From IMG/VR virus record IMGVR_UViG_3300048672_000512, positions 64,001-128,000 of that record: 64,000 nt of DNA; one strand, given 5' to 3'. Positions 1-9,111 of the stretch are shown here, in pieces. This DNA comes from a virus. The position numbers and the translations under genes were made by a program. Each line of letters opens with the position of its first letter. The first letter of the stretch is position 1. Under the pieces are notes generated by a model. It was not told where the DNA came from. It searched no databases and saw only the letters and a list, made by a program, of their open reading frames with translations.

Positions 1-1
1 G

Positions 2-541
2 AACACACCTCGCGCACTGTCGGGTGTTCCTTACAACCCGAAAGGTAAAGGTAGCTACGAAGAGGAAGACTCGGTTGAATTTGATGGTGGCAAGGATACC
101 TATCGATACATCAACTCTAAGGCTATCAAGAACAAGTTGAGCATTCCTAATCGAGACACGTGGTTGCGTATCTGGGTCAAGGATGGTGACGAAAAGGCAC
201 GCGGCTTCTGCCCGGTTTTTGACGTCTTTCACTACCTGATGCAGACTGGTCAAGCCTCCGGCAAACGCAGTTCTATCACCTTGAATGTTAGTGGCATCGG
301 ACCTGCTAAGAAAGCTATCAACTGGATGGAGTTCAAGACTCTGGTTCTGTGCGACAAGGAGGGTAGGCAAGACGTATTCGACAAGATTGGATATCCGAAT
401 GTGAATCTTCGCAACGGCTTGTTCAAGCAGTTCAAGTCAGGTCTGGCAGAAGATCTGTACATTGCTAACCTGCGCGGTCCTGTGAAGGTTAGCAAGGATT
501 CGGAAGCTGAAGACGACTCTGACGATGGAGACGACGAATGA
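2..541 (+). CDS. RecA/UvsX-like recombinase, C-terminal part (5' end lies outside the window)
   Basis: Frame is open from base 2. KAIKNKLSIPNRDTWLRIW...GFCPVFDVFHYLMQTG resembles the RecA VVKNKVAPPF...GI segment. Acidic tail. Lies next to Mre11/Rad50-like genes. Confidence 0.65.
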   Translation, partial: NTPRALSGVPYNPKGKGSYEEEDSVEFDGGKDTYRYINSKAIKNKLSIPNRDTWLRIWVKDGDEKARGFCPVFDVFHYLMQTGQASGKRSSITLNVSGIGPAKKAINWMEFKTLVLCDKEGRQDVFDKIGYPNVNLRNGLFKQFKSGLAEDLYIANLRGPVKVSKDSEAEDDSDDGDDE

Positions 542-798
542 CTATCCATCTTCTACTAGCAATTCCCATTCTAATCTTGCTTGCCCTAGTTCTAGCCTTT
601 GTAGTCTACTACATAGGAATGGCTTTGCAGTCTCTTCGTGGGGACGAAACAGTAGTGATTGCAGATTGTTCTATCGAAGGTCACGATTGGAGCCCCGATT
701 ACTTAAACACAAAGGGGTCGGATGGTAAGGCAGCATGCAGAATTCTTGAGTCCTACTGCCTGCGGTGCGGCGCTAGGCAACAAGGAAGTGGGCAATGA
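538..798 (+). CDS. Small membrane protein with Cys-rich C-terminus
   Basis: N-terminal hydrophobic helix; CxxxGHxW...C...CxxCG; ATGA-type overlaps with neighbours. Confidence 0.7.
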   Translation: MTIHLLLAIPILILLALVLAFVVYYIGMALQSLRGDETVVIADCSIEGHDWSPDYLNTKGSDGKAACRILESYCLRCGARQQGSGQ

Positions 799-1022
799 CA
801 GAAACAGAAGCTATGCTGCAGCGTGCTCGTGAGTCGGTACGCATTGCACTGAAAGCCTTCAAGGAAGGGCAGGAGGCATTTGACAACTACGTTCAAGGCA
901 CCATATTGGACTTGAATCCACCATACGCAGAAGAAACTACTGAGTGTGAAGCTTGGTGGGACGGCGTTGATTCTGCAAATAAAAAGTTTGCAGCCGACCT
1001 TGGTTACGATATTGACGAGTGA
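795..1022 (+). CDS. Rmf/CrpP-like small protein
   Basis: AFKEGQEA...NPPY...EAWWDGVDSA pattern. Confidence 0.5.
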   Translation: MTETEAMLQRARESVRIALKAFKEGQEAFDNYVQGTILDLNPPYAEETTECEAWWDGVDSANKKFAADLGYDIDE

Positions 1023-1089
1023 ACCGTAGTGGACAAAGCTATTTCATTTACGCAAGACGCGGATACAAAAGACGTGATGGAGCTGCAGC

Positions 1090-1497
1090 ATGGCTGACAA
1101 TAAACTGCTAACTTGGACTGACGAACTAGCTCCAACTGAAACCTGCAGATACAACCACTGCGTATCGCAAACTCCGTTTGGAAGGTTCCTAATTACATGG
1201 AAAGTGTGGAAAGACTATCCGGCGCCTACGGTTGACGAAACTCCGTGGGGTGGCTGGTTTTGAGCATTTGATACCATAGCAGAAGCAAAGGATGCATGTG
1301 AAGCTGAGTTTGTAAAACGCATTCAAGACTGCGGTAACACAGTTATTCAAGAAGCCGTAAAGCTAGAGCGTCAGCGTTGCGTCGCCGCTGTAGAAAACTA
1401 CAAAATTACTGTTGGGGTTCTACCTGAAGGTGAAAAGGTAGCTGTGGGTGTCATGGAAGCCCTTACCGAAGTGCGCTACGCTATTCGTAATCCGTGA
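1090..1497 (+). pseudogene. 135-codon phage hypothetical gene interrupted by one in-frame TGA at 1261-1263
   Basis: ATG at 1090; reads ...TPWGGWF*AFDTIAEAKDACEAEF... and stays open to TGA 1495-1497. Fills the gap between flanking genes. Absent from the ORF track. Confidence 0.6.
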
Positions 1498-1502
1498 TTG
1501 AA

Positions 1503-1670
1503 ATGAAAAACCAGATTACAGCCTACGACCAAGGCTATAAAGCAGGTCAATCAAGCATGCATTCTCGCAATCCTTACCGTCCTGGAACAACAGACTACGA
1601 AATGTGGGAAGAAGGTTTTGTTGACGGTCAGGATTACGTTGAAGAAGAGCAACGCAACTCGGAGTACTGA
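1503..1670 (+). CDS. Rmf/CrpP-like small protein (55 aa, below ORF-track cutoff)
   Basis: MKNQITAYDQGYKAGQSSMHSRNPYRPGTTDYEMWEEGFVDGQDYVEEEQRNSEY; GYxAG...NPY...WxxGF motif. Confidence 0.6.
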   Translation: MKNQITAYDQGYKAGQSSMHSRNPYRPGTTDYEMWEEGFVDGQDYVEEEQRNSEY

Positions 1671-1671
1671 C

Positions 1672-1878
1672 ATGCACCAAAAAGCAGTAGACTGGGACGC
1701 AGAGCGCGGATTCGACAACAGGTGGGAGGGGTCAGGTCCTAGGTGGCACGATGCGCTACCTTTTCCTGAAAATCGCCCCTGTGACTTTTGCGGAAAACCC
1801 GTGGACGTAGGCTTCATTCATGATGAATGTAGTAAGAAAGAAACGGACCTATGGATAGACCTTGGCGTTTTCTTCTGA
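1672..1878 (+). CDS. Hypothetical protein with CxxC...HxxC motif
   Basis: ATG immediately after the previous stop; CDFCGKP...IHDEC. Confidence 0.65.
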   Translation: MHQKAVDWDAERGFDNRWEGSGPRWHDALPFPENRPCDFCGKPVDVGFIHDECSKKETDLWIDLGVFF

Positions 1879-2414
1879 CCTTCCTGTTGCTGGTAACTTC
1901 ACTCTGTAGGGCTTCGGCCCTTACGGACGAAGTTACCTTGCTTCGTTCATTATCGATAGAAGCAAGAGCTGATCGCGTTCAAGCCCGCCTTGGATCAATG
2001 TACTTTCGTCAGGGTCGCATCGGTGAATACTGGCAGTCTCCTGACACTACCATTGAAACTCAGATAGGTGCCTGTGCAGACTTTGCTGTCTTGTCCTTCT
2101 TCCTGTTGAAACACTCTGGTGTTGAAGACTCTGACTTGAGGTTGGTTTACGTGCAGACGAGTAGTCAGGAAAGGCATCTTGTTCTTGTTGTGAGAGCTGC
2201 AGGAAAGAGCCTTGTGGTGGACTCTGCTAGCTTTTCAAGTCGCGCTACGCTGCTGGAAGAACGAACAGACTTGCAGCCGCTTCTTGCTTTTAACTCCTAC
2301 TATGTGTACTCAAGGTACGACCTGGACGTGCCGGTAGCTGGTTACTATGCTAGAAGCATTCGCCAATGGAACTCTGTCTTGACACGTGAAGAGTTCAAAG
2401 AAAGACACCAATGA
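1851..2414 (+). CDS. Secreted transglutaminase-like cysteine protease (BTLCP/LapG family)
   Basis: Signal peptide ending A-S-A; EYWQSP..., GACADFA (Cys), ERHLVLVV (His), LVVDS (Asp), ERTDLQPLLAFN. Confidence 0.8.
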   Translation: MDRPWRFLLTFLLLVTSLCRASALTDEVTLLRSLSIEARADRVQARLGSMYFRQGRIGEYWQSPDTTIETQIGACADFAVLSFFLLKHSGVEDSDLRLVYVQTSSQERHLVLVVRAAGKSLVVDSASFSSRATLLEERTDLQPLLAFNSYYVYSRYDLDVPVAGYYARSIRQWNSVLTREEFKERHQ

Positions 2415-2463
2415 TACTGAGCAGGCACACTGGCTCTACTAAAGTTAAATCAAGGATACACAC

Positions 2464-3495
2464 ATGATTGAGTTCATAGGTATTGGTGACCTGCACCTTG
2501 ACGGAAAGTTGAAGAAGTACATTCCAGATTTCAATGCTTTCGTTCTTGGCGAAATTGCAAAGCCCGTAGCTTACGCAAAGCGTAACGGTGTCAAGAATGT
2601 TATCTTCTACGGCGACATCAGTGATGTGCCTCGTCTTTCCGCTGACGCAACGCTGAAGCTACTTGATCTGTTTCTGGAGAACCCAGATATTCAGTTCTAT
2701 ATGTACCCTGGCAACCATGATTACGAATGCGAGGGTGTGCACAGCCTTCAGGTTCTAGCAAAACTATCTGACACGGAAAGCATTCCGAATCTGCACGTCA
2801 TAGAAGAACCTACAGACCTGTTTACAGACGAAGGTTGCCCTGTACGAATTCTACCCTGGCCTCACTTTCAGGTAAGCAAGAAAGCCTTGAACCTTGCTCA
2901 CATCGAGGTTCACGGCGCACAATGGGACCATGGCTCCAGTGTTTCAAGTGAGAGAAACACGCAATGTCACTTGATATCCGGACACCTACATACCAAGCAG
3001 GTTGTAGGACCGAAGAAGAACGTGCACTACTGTGGAACGTTGTATCAAACAAGCTTCGGTGAACGAGAAGAGAAGTACTTCCATCACGTAAAGTGGAATG
3101 GCAAGATCGCCGACATCACGTACGTCAGAACAAAGCCTAAGTACACTTTGCACAATCTTGTCATAAGCTCTGTAGTAGACCTGGAAAAGATTGACAAAAA
3201 CCCATGTTGCTTGTACAAGGTTTTTGTGAAGTCAGGTACAGACTTAGGTCCGGAGTCGCTAGCTGCGTATCCGAATGTGGTGAAGACAAACCCGTTCTCC
3301 TCACGCAAGGAACTGGAGAGCCTATTAGCAGACGAACTGTTTCTGCCAGATGGTGACGGAGAAGTAACTTCGCTTTCCGTGTTGGAAGCTCTGAAGAGCT
3401 ACATGGTGCGAGCTAACGCAGACAAGAAGGTAACAGCACGCGCCATTGAACTGTTTGAAGAACTGTCGCGCAAGTCGATAGGAACTGACAAGTAA
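2464..3495 (+). CDS. Mre11/SbcD/gp47-like recombination nuclease subunit
   Basis: GDLHL, GDISD, PGNHD, HIE, SGHLH phosphoesterase motifs; near a Rad50-like gene. Confidence 0.85.
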   Translation: MIEFIGIGDLHLDGKLKKYIPDFNAFVLGEIAKPVAYAKRNGVKNVIFYGDISDVPRLSADATLKLLDLFLENPDIQFYMYPGNHDYECEGVHSLQVLAKLSDTESIPNLHVIEEPTDLFTDEGCPVRILPWPHFQVSKKALNLAHIEVHGAQWDHGSSVSSERNTQCHLISGHLHTKQVVGPKKNVHYCGTLYQTSFGEREEKYFHHVKWNGKIADITYVRTKPKYTLHNLVISSVVDLEKIDKNPCCLYKVFVKSGTDLGPESLAAYPNVVKTNPFSSRKELESLLADELFLPDGDGEVTSLSVLEALKSYMVRANADKKVTARAIELFEELSRKSIGTDK

Positions 3496-3516
3496 CTCAA
3501 TCGAAAGGACCAACCC

Positions 3517-4638
3517 ATGAGCACAAATGAAAAGAGCGGACTGCACAACAAGTACCGCCCGTCTACGCTAGCTGAAATCATTGGACATGAAGCCGCAGTT
3601 TCCAAGCTTCGAGGTTTCATCAAGTCAGAGAAGTACCCATCTGCTGTTCTGCTGACTGGACCTACGTCTGTTGGCAAGACTACGCTAGCGCGTGCGTTTG
3701 CTACGGAGTCTCTTGGTGTTTCGGCAACAAGCACTCCGGATTACTATGAACTGAACATGGGAGACTCCCGTTCAATAGAAGACATTCGCTCTTTGATTCA
3801 GATGGTTCGTCTGAAGCCACAAGGCGGCAAGCGTCGCTTTGTTATGCTGGATGAATTTCATCAGCTTCTGTCAAATGCACCCGCCGCTAACGCTTTTCTG
3901 AAGGTTGTAGAAGAACCTCCTAGTCACGTTACTTTTCTGCTTGCTTCAATGGAGTCTGAAAAGTTCGGTAGCTCGCAGTTAGGAAAGGCCTTTATCAATC
4001 GAGCAATTCCGCTGCAGTTGACACCACCAAGCGATGAACAGTTGACCAAGCAGGCAAAACGTATCATCAAGGGTGAAGGCATGCAAGAGATTCTGGATCC
4101 AGAATCGCTGCCAAGTATCGTATCCGCCGCGCATAGTTCAATGCGTGAACTTGCAAACGTTCTTGAGTCTCTGCAGGCATTCCACGCAGGACTGTCAAGG
4201 TCTAGGGTTCTTACCGCTGAAGATGTCACGGAAGCACTTACTCTCAACATCAGCTCTGACGAGATTAGCGCCGTGAAATTCATGGTAGCTATCTGGGCGG
4301 GTAAGATAGGTGGCGCGCAACGAGCCCTTCTTGAACTCAAAGACGGTGTTGCATTCACCAACGCAGCTAGCTATGTTTCATGGTACGTTTTCAACAACTA
4401 CCTGTTGAAGGGCGCTAGGCATCCTGCGGTGTGGGGCAACGCAGCGCGTACCTCTGCTGCTAAGCAATTTGAGGCGCTGAACTACGAAAGAGGCGTAGCC
4501 CTTGAGATCCTTGCAGAAGTAAACGCAAGCATCGTTGAACTTAGAATGCAAGCAGGCGCCTTTGCTGTTAACGAGCAACTGGCGCTTTCTGCGTTTGCAG
4601 TGCGCGCTATCAGCAAAGTCAACGGCATCAAAGCATGA
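3517..4638 (+). CDS. dnaX: Clamp loader, DNA polymerase III gamma/tau-like AAA+ ATPase
   Basis: KYRPSTLAEIIGHE, GPTSVGKTT Walker A, MLDEFHQL Walker B, NAFLKVVEEPPSHVTFLLA. Confidence 0.85.
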   Translation: MSTNEKSGLHNKYRPSTLAEIIGHEAAVSKLRGFIKSEKYPSAVLLTGPTSVGKTTLARAFATESLGVSATSTPDYYELNMGDSRSIEDIRSLIQMVRLKPQGGKRRFVMLDEFHQLLSNAPAANAFLKVVEEPPSHVTFLLASMESEKFGSSQLGKAFINRAIPLQLTPPSDEQLTKQAKRIIKGEGMQEILDPESLPSIVSAAHSSMRELANVLESLQAFHAGLSRSRVLTAEDVTEALTLNISSDEISAVKFMVAIWAGKIGGAQRALLELKDGVAFTNAASYVSWYVFNNYLLKGARHPAVWGNAARTSAAKQFEALNYERGVALEILAEVNASIVELRMQAGAFAVNEQLALSAFAVRAISKVNGIKA

Positions 4639-4871
4639 CGCAGTTTCTAATTGACAGCATACCTTGGTTTCTAAGTGCTGTTACCATTCTCACTCAATGG
4701 ATGCTAGGCAACCGTGATGACAAGGCTTGGATCATAAGCTTGTGCAGTCAGCCGCTGTGGTTTCTATGGAGCGTGTTGAGTCACAGCTATGGGTTCCTGC
4801 CATTGAACCTGTTTCTTACTGTCATTTACTTCCGTAACTACCTGAAGTGGAAGAAGGATCGCGGAGCCTAA
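4635..4871 (+). CDS. Small 3-TM membrane protein, half-PnuC/SemiSWEET-like
   Basis: 78 aa, three hydrophobic helices, C-terminal RNYLKWKK resembling PnuC C-termini. Confidence 0.5.
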   Translation: MTQFLIDSIPWFLSAVTILTQWMLGNRDDKAWIISLCSQPLWFLWSVLSHSYGFLPLNLFLTVIYFRNYLKWKKDRGA

Positions 4872-4873
4872 CA

Positions 4874-7066
4874 ATGCTGGTATTTGAAGACATAACTGTA
4901 AAGAACATTCCCTTTTTCAAGGAACAAAGCTTCAATCTTAACAGGAAGGGTATCAGCCTCATTCTGGGTCAGAATCTGAATGTCTCCAGCACAGCTACAA
5001 ACTTTGCTGGCAAGTCTCTATTCTTCTCTCAGTTTGGGGAGTTTCTTACGGACGAAGTGTTTGTAGGAACCAAGAGAGACATCACACGTAAAGGATCTAG
5101 AAGCGTATCCTTCTCTATTGGCAAGGACAAGTACGAAGCCGTGCGCAGCTTTTCTCCTTCGGAGAAGGTTGCTATATCGAAGAACGGCGAGGCTCTAAAC
5201 ATACGAGAGCTTAGCGAGGCAAAGGCAAAGCTTCGGAGTTTGATCAACTTCTCGCCAGAAGAGTTCAAGACGCTTGTTTACCTTGACTTCCGCACTCCAC
5301 ATCCGTTGATCCTTGGTGACACCGCAGAGCGGCGAAAGTTCTTTCTGTCGTTCTTCCGCCAGCTTAACGCTATGGATCCAGTACGAAAGCTGATTGCTTC
5401 GCAGATTCGGGCGTTGAAAGACAAAGCTATCATTCTTGAGGAAGTGAAGGCGCAAGCATCCTCTCTCAAGGGCGAGTGTCCAGCGAACATCAAGGAGTTG
5501 AAGCAAGAACTGGAAGAGATGTCTGCAGAGCATGCCAGCGCAGAAGCACGGTTAGCTGAACTTAGTACGGCAGCCGCGCTGTGGTCGCGTATTGAAAGTT
5601 ATGCCGACGTTTCTGAAGTGTGCACGCGTGAAAACATTGATACGGAAGAACAGCGAAAGTATGCTGTAAGTGCTATCAAGAAAACGTGCTTGAGCTTGCA
5701 GAAGGCAATTGATGACTGTGAGGCTTATGACAAGTGGAAGTCAGACAATCAAGCAGCTAGCGAAGTACTTCAGAACTTGACTAGCAAGCTTGAAGAGATA
5801 GGTGTAAAGCCAAGCAAAGCAGAAAGCTACTATGAGAGCTGCACTGCAGTTCTTGAGGATTACTTAAAGGCCCGTGAGAAACTGCTGGATCAGACTGCAG
5901 CCTTAGCGGGTCAGATACGCGAAGCAAAAGAGAAAAGAGAAGTAGTAGAAGCTGAGTACGACAGGCTGATAAAAAAGCGACGTATGCTCAAGGAAGCTGC
6001 TACCACCTGCCCAACTTGCGGAGCACCGTACAGCAACGAACACGCAAGCGCTGAACTTGAAGCCGTGCGTAAAGCCATTCAGAAAAACAAGGAAATTGAA
6101 CTTGAGGATGTAGCAACCCTTGAGGAAGAGCTGAAACGACTTCAACAGGCCTCAAGGGAAATACAGCGTGAGACTCAAGATGCGCAGTATCGTGCTAAAA
6201 CGCTTCGTAGTTATCTTAATCTGGTAGCTTCAAACGCGAGTACGTCGGCACCACCTGAAAAACCGGCTGGAAAGAAAAGCGACTTTGAGTCGGATCTTGA
6301 ATCGTACCAAGACAAGCTGGAAGCTTTGAGGAACGCAAAGTACCTGCTGGAACTTGAAGCAGAATGGCGAGAACTTCCAAGGGACATTCGTAGAGAGGCT
6401 AAGCTAGGAGTGAAAGAGGCACAACAGAAGTTCACGGAACGTGCTACTGCAATTGCCCGTATCTCTGCAACTATTGAATCAGCAGCAGACAAGCAGCGAA
6501 AGCTGAAAGAGCTAAGCCGGCGTGCTCAGGATCTGATGCAGGAACTTGAAGATAACGAGCCACTAGCACTGTTGGACGGCGCCTTCTCAAAGAAAGGCCT
6601 TGAAACAATAATCATAAACAACCTGTGCGAGACTCTTGGTGCTATCGTGAACCGATATGCAAAGTACCTGTTTCCTGAAGACTATCACTTCAGCTTTGAA
6701 CTCGAATCACAGTTCAACATTCTGGTGACTAGAAAGTACAAGGACAAGGAAGAGGTATCGGATGTACGCAAGCTATCTGGCGCTGAATGTCGTTTGTTCT
6801 CCCTTGTGCTGCTGATATCTCTTCTTTCTTTCGTTCCGAAGAATCGACGTTCAAACGTGGTGATCCTTGACGAACCAACCTCCATGATGGGTCCAGACTC
6901 TGTGCAATCGTTTGTTCAGTTTCTTCCAGTTCTGAACAGTGTGATTCCTCATGTAATCGTCATCACGCCATTGAACAGCACAGAGTATGCAGGCCTCAAT
7001 CCAAACGTGTTTACTGTTCAGAAAAAAGGCAATCGAAGTAGAATTCTGGAAGGTCAGTTCTCATGA
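4874..7066 (+). CDS. Rad50/SbcC/gp46-like ABC ATPase
   Basis: Walker A with insertion GQN...NFAGKS, coiled coils, CPTCG zinc hook, LSGAE signature, VILDEPT Walker B. Start at ATG 4874 preferred. Confidence 0.9.
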   Translation: MLVFEDITVKNIPFFKEQSFNLNRKGISLILGQNLNVSSTATNFAGKSLFFSQFGEFLTDEVFVGTKRDITRKGSRSVSFSIGKDKYEAVRSFSPSEKVAISKNGEALNIRELSEAKAKLRSLINFSPEEFKTLVYLDFRTPHPLILGDTAERRKFFLSFFRQLNAMDPVRKLIASQIRALKDKAIILEEVKAQASSLKGECPANIKELKQELEEMSAEHASAEARLAELSTAAALWSRIESYADVSEVCTRENIDTEEQRKYAVSAIKKTCLSLQKAIDDCEAYDKWKSDNQAASEVLQNLTSKLEEIGVKPSKAESYYESCTAVLEDYLKAREKLLDQTAALAGQIREAKEKREVVEAEYDRLIKKRRMLKEAATTCPTCGAPYSNEHASAELEAVRKAIQKNKEIELEDVATLEEELKRLQQASREIQRETQDAQYRAKTLRSYLNLVASNASTSAPPEKPAGKKSDFESDLESYQDKLEALRNAKYLLELEAEWRELPRDIRREAKLGVKEAQQKFTERATAIARISATIESAADKQRKLKELSRRAQDLMQELEDNEPLALLDGAFSKKGLETIIINNLCETLGAIVNRYAKYLFPEDYHFSFELESQFNILVTRKYKDKEEVSDVRKLSGAECRLFSLVLLISLLSFVPKNRRSNVVILDEPTSMMGPDSVQSFVQFLPVLNSVIPHVIVITPLNSTEYAGLNPNVFTVQKKGNRSRILEGQFS

Positions 7067-7773
7067 AAGTCACAGCGTTTGCTACGCCATCCGCTTCCTG
7101 GTTTGACATTCAGGAATTGGTAATGCTCGGTGTCATTCCGAATGCAGAGTTTGCAGACAGGAAAACAAAGGCGACACCGTCGATCAGGCACACCTGGGTT
7201 AGTGATATGCATGTTGTGTACGCAGAGTCGCTGTCTGCTCTTGCAGTTCATTCGCAAAGCGTACCTGAGTGTTCTCTGACAGAAACCGTCTACTTTGTAG
7301 GTGTTGGCAGCACCACTGCAAAGGAATACGCGTTACCCGTTCTTGAAAAGCTGCCTACAAAGCCGATTGAAACGATTCTGCTGTTCAGCTCTAAGCCAAA
7401 CTACCGAATACGAATTCGACCAGCGTCCAACTGCTACAAGGACGTGTACCGAAAGCACGCAGAAACAAAGAGCTATGTGCATGCCTTACAGCCTCTCATG
7501 TACAAGATAAAGGACAAGGACAAACGAAAGCTGATCGAGTCTCAGGTTCATGCATTCCTAGGTGGTGTTGCAAAGAAGCCGCCGGCTACAGGGATTGAGC
7601 GTATCGATACGCTGCTTGCTAATGAATTGACTTCAGAGTTTCGATCCGTGTGCATTCGAGCTGCCGGTGCTAGAGTTGCAGTAGAAGACGCATGCGGAGA
7701 CTCTGGCTTCAATCCGTTTGAAGTTATTTTTGTACTAAAACGCTGCAGTCTTCAGTACCGTACTTTTCTGTAG
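7063..7773 (+). CDS. Hypothetical protein
   Basis: 236-aa ORF translationally coupled (ATGA) to the Rad50-like gene. Confidence 0.75.
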   Translation: MKVTAFATPSASWFDIQELVMLGVIPNAEFADRKTKATPSIRHTWVSDMHVVYAESLSALAVHSQSVPECSLTETVYFVGVGSTTAKEYALPVLEKLPTKPIETILLFSSKPNYRIRIRPASNCYKDVYRKHAETKSYVHALQPLMYKIKDKDKRKLIESQVHAFLGGVAKKPPATGIERIDTLLANELTSEFRSVCIRAAGARVAVEDACGDSGFNPFEVIFVLKRCSLQYRTFL

Positions 7774-7817
7774 CTCATTTTTAATGCAAGTGATCCGATC
7801 ATTTTGAAGGAACAACA

Positions 7818-8285
7818 ATGACTGCAATAAGTGGTAGGTTTGAGTACCCGGTGGGCTCTGGTGGTTTTGTAGATCTAGCTACTGGCAGGTACGTTAACGC
7901 GTATGCTGGAAACGACAGTCTGAGTTTGACACCTCCTTCTGGTCTGTCTACTGCTAGCAACTACTACACGATAAACCTGACAAACGGTCAGTATCTGAGT
8001 GCACCGGAAGGTAGCTCTTTTACTACAGCAGACGGTGACTTGTTTGTCATTGAAGACATGCTGTACATGGTGCAAAAAGGGACTCGCGTTGACTTGCCTC
8101 TTTTTCACTATACCGTCGTGACTGAGCGCACAGGAAGCGTAATCAACTCGGTAGTTGCAAGAGTTGCTTCTGTTACCAAGACTTCAGGTCCGGTTACAAT
8201 ACCGCCAAATTCTGCATACGTTTACGTGCTTGCTTCCAACAGTAGAGCAGGCACGCAGTATCTAATTCAAGTAGCTTCTGTATAA
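7818..8285 (+). CDS. Beta-rich hypothetical protein, possibly virion-associated
   Basis: Good SD (GAAGGA); rich in S/T/G/V/Y. Confidence 0.6.
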   Translation: MTAISGRFEYPVGSGGFVDLATGRYVNAYAGNDSLSLTPPSGLSTASNYYTINLTNGQYLSAPEGSSFTTADGDLFVIEDMLYMVQKGTRVDLPLFHYTVVTERTGSVINSVVARVASVTKTSGPVTIPPNSAYVYVLASNSRAGTQYLIQVASV

Positions 8286-8288
8286 ATC

Positions 8289-9095
8289 ATGGCATCTCAA
8301 AACTTTCTCCCTGTACTTTCAACTAACCGAATCGTGCTTGGGGCTGTGCCTATCACGTCCACGGCGTTTACTGGTTCCGAGACGACGTTTACGGAAACCT
8401 CCACGTCAAAGACCTACGCAACCAAGAGCTTTACTGTTCCCTACGTGTACGCAGATCCAGCAGTAGCCGGTGTCAACGTTCTTTCTTCTGCAACATACGT
8501 TGGCATTGAAGTTTCCACGTCTGTTGCTAACAGTGGAATGCATGTAGTGAAGACTGCAGTTCCTAACATGATCGAAGCTATCGATCTGGTTCCGCAACGT
8601 ACCTGGGTGCAAGCTAACGGCTTTGTTACCGAGATGGGTTTCCTTGCAAATGGCGGTAGCTTCTCGAACTTCCTGTTTCAGCTAGCTACTGGTGTTCAGG
8701 TTCCGTCTACTACGATTGTAGCCCCGCCGCTTGCTACTCCGACTGCGTCTAATGCTACGTTGTCGTGGGTTACCAAAGTTCAATTCAGCAATGCACAGGC
8801 AACCTCGTTCTTTGACGTGAACTGGGTTGAAGCTCTTAGTGCGTCAAGTGGCAACTACGAACCTGTCTCTGCTTCCATCGGTGCCCCGTCTGGTGGTATT
8901 GCAACCTACGTTCGCGCCTTCGTTGTTCAGTCTCCGTCTGCGGTTGGACGTTTTGGTGGTGTGCAGTACAACGTGATGCGATTTATTCGCGTTACGTCTG
9001 ATCCTGTTCCTGCAGGTACGTACGTGTACCCGATCACCATCACCAATACAGATGGCAACACTGTGACCGTGAACCTGTCAGTTGTTGTTTCCTAA
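8289..9095 (+). CDS. Putative virion decoration/fibre protein with C-terminal Ig-like strand pattern
   Basis: Very S/T/V-rich, few charged residues; ends PAGTYVYPITITNTDGNTVTVNLSVVVS. Confidence 0.5.
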   Translation: MASQNFLPVLSTNRIVLGAVPITSTAFTGSETTFTETSTSKTYATKSFTVPYVYADPAVAGVNVLSSATYVGIEVSTSVANSGMHVVKTAVPNMIEAIDLVPQRTWVQANGFVTEMGFLANGGSFSNFLFQLATGVQVPSTTIVAPPLATPTASNATLSWVTKVQFSNAQATSFFDVNWVEALSASSGNYEPVSASIGAPSGGIATYVRAFVVQSPSAVGRFGGVQYNVMRFIRVTSDPVPAGTYVYPITITNTDGNTVTVNLSVVVS

Positions 9096-9111
9096 CCTTT
9101 GAGGTAACCGC

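Noticed and set aside
7063-7773. Clamp-loader delta subunit call
   Set aside because: Only position and size support it; no recognisable motif, so it is left hypothetical.
7774-7817. T4-like late promoter consensus upstream of structural genes
   Set aside because: Intergenic gaps are very short, and I could not find a motif recurring often enough to support a call.
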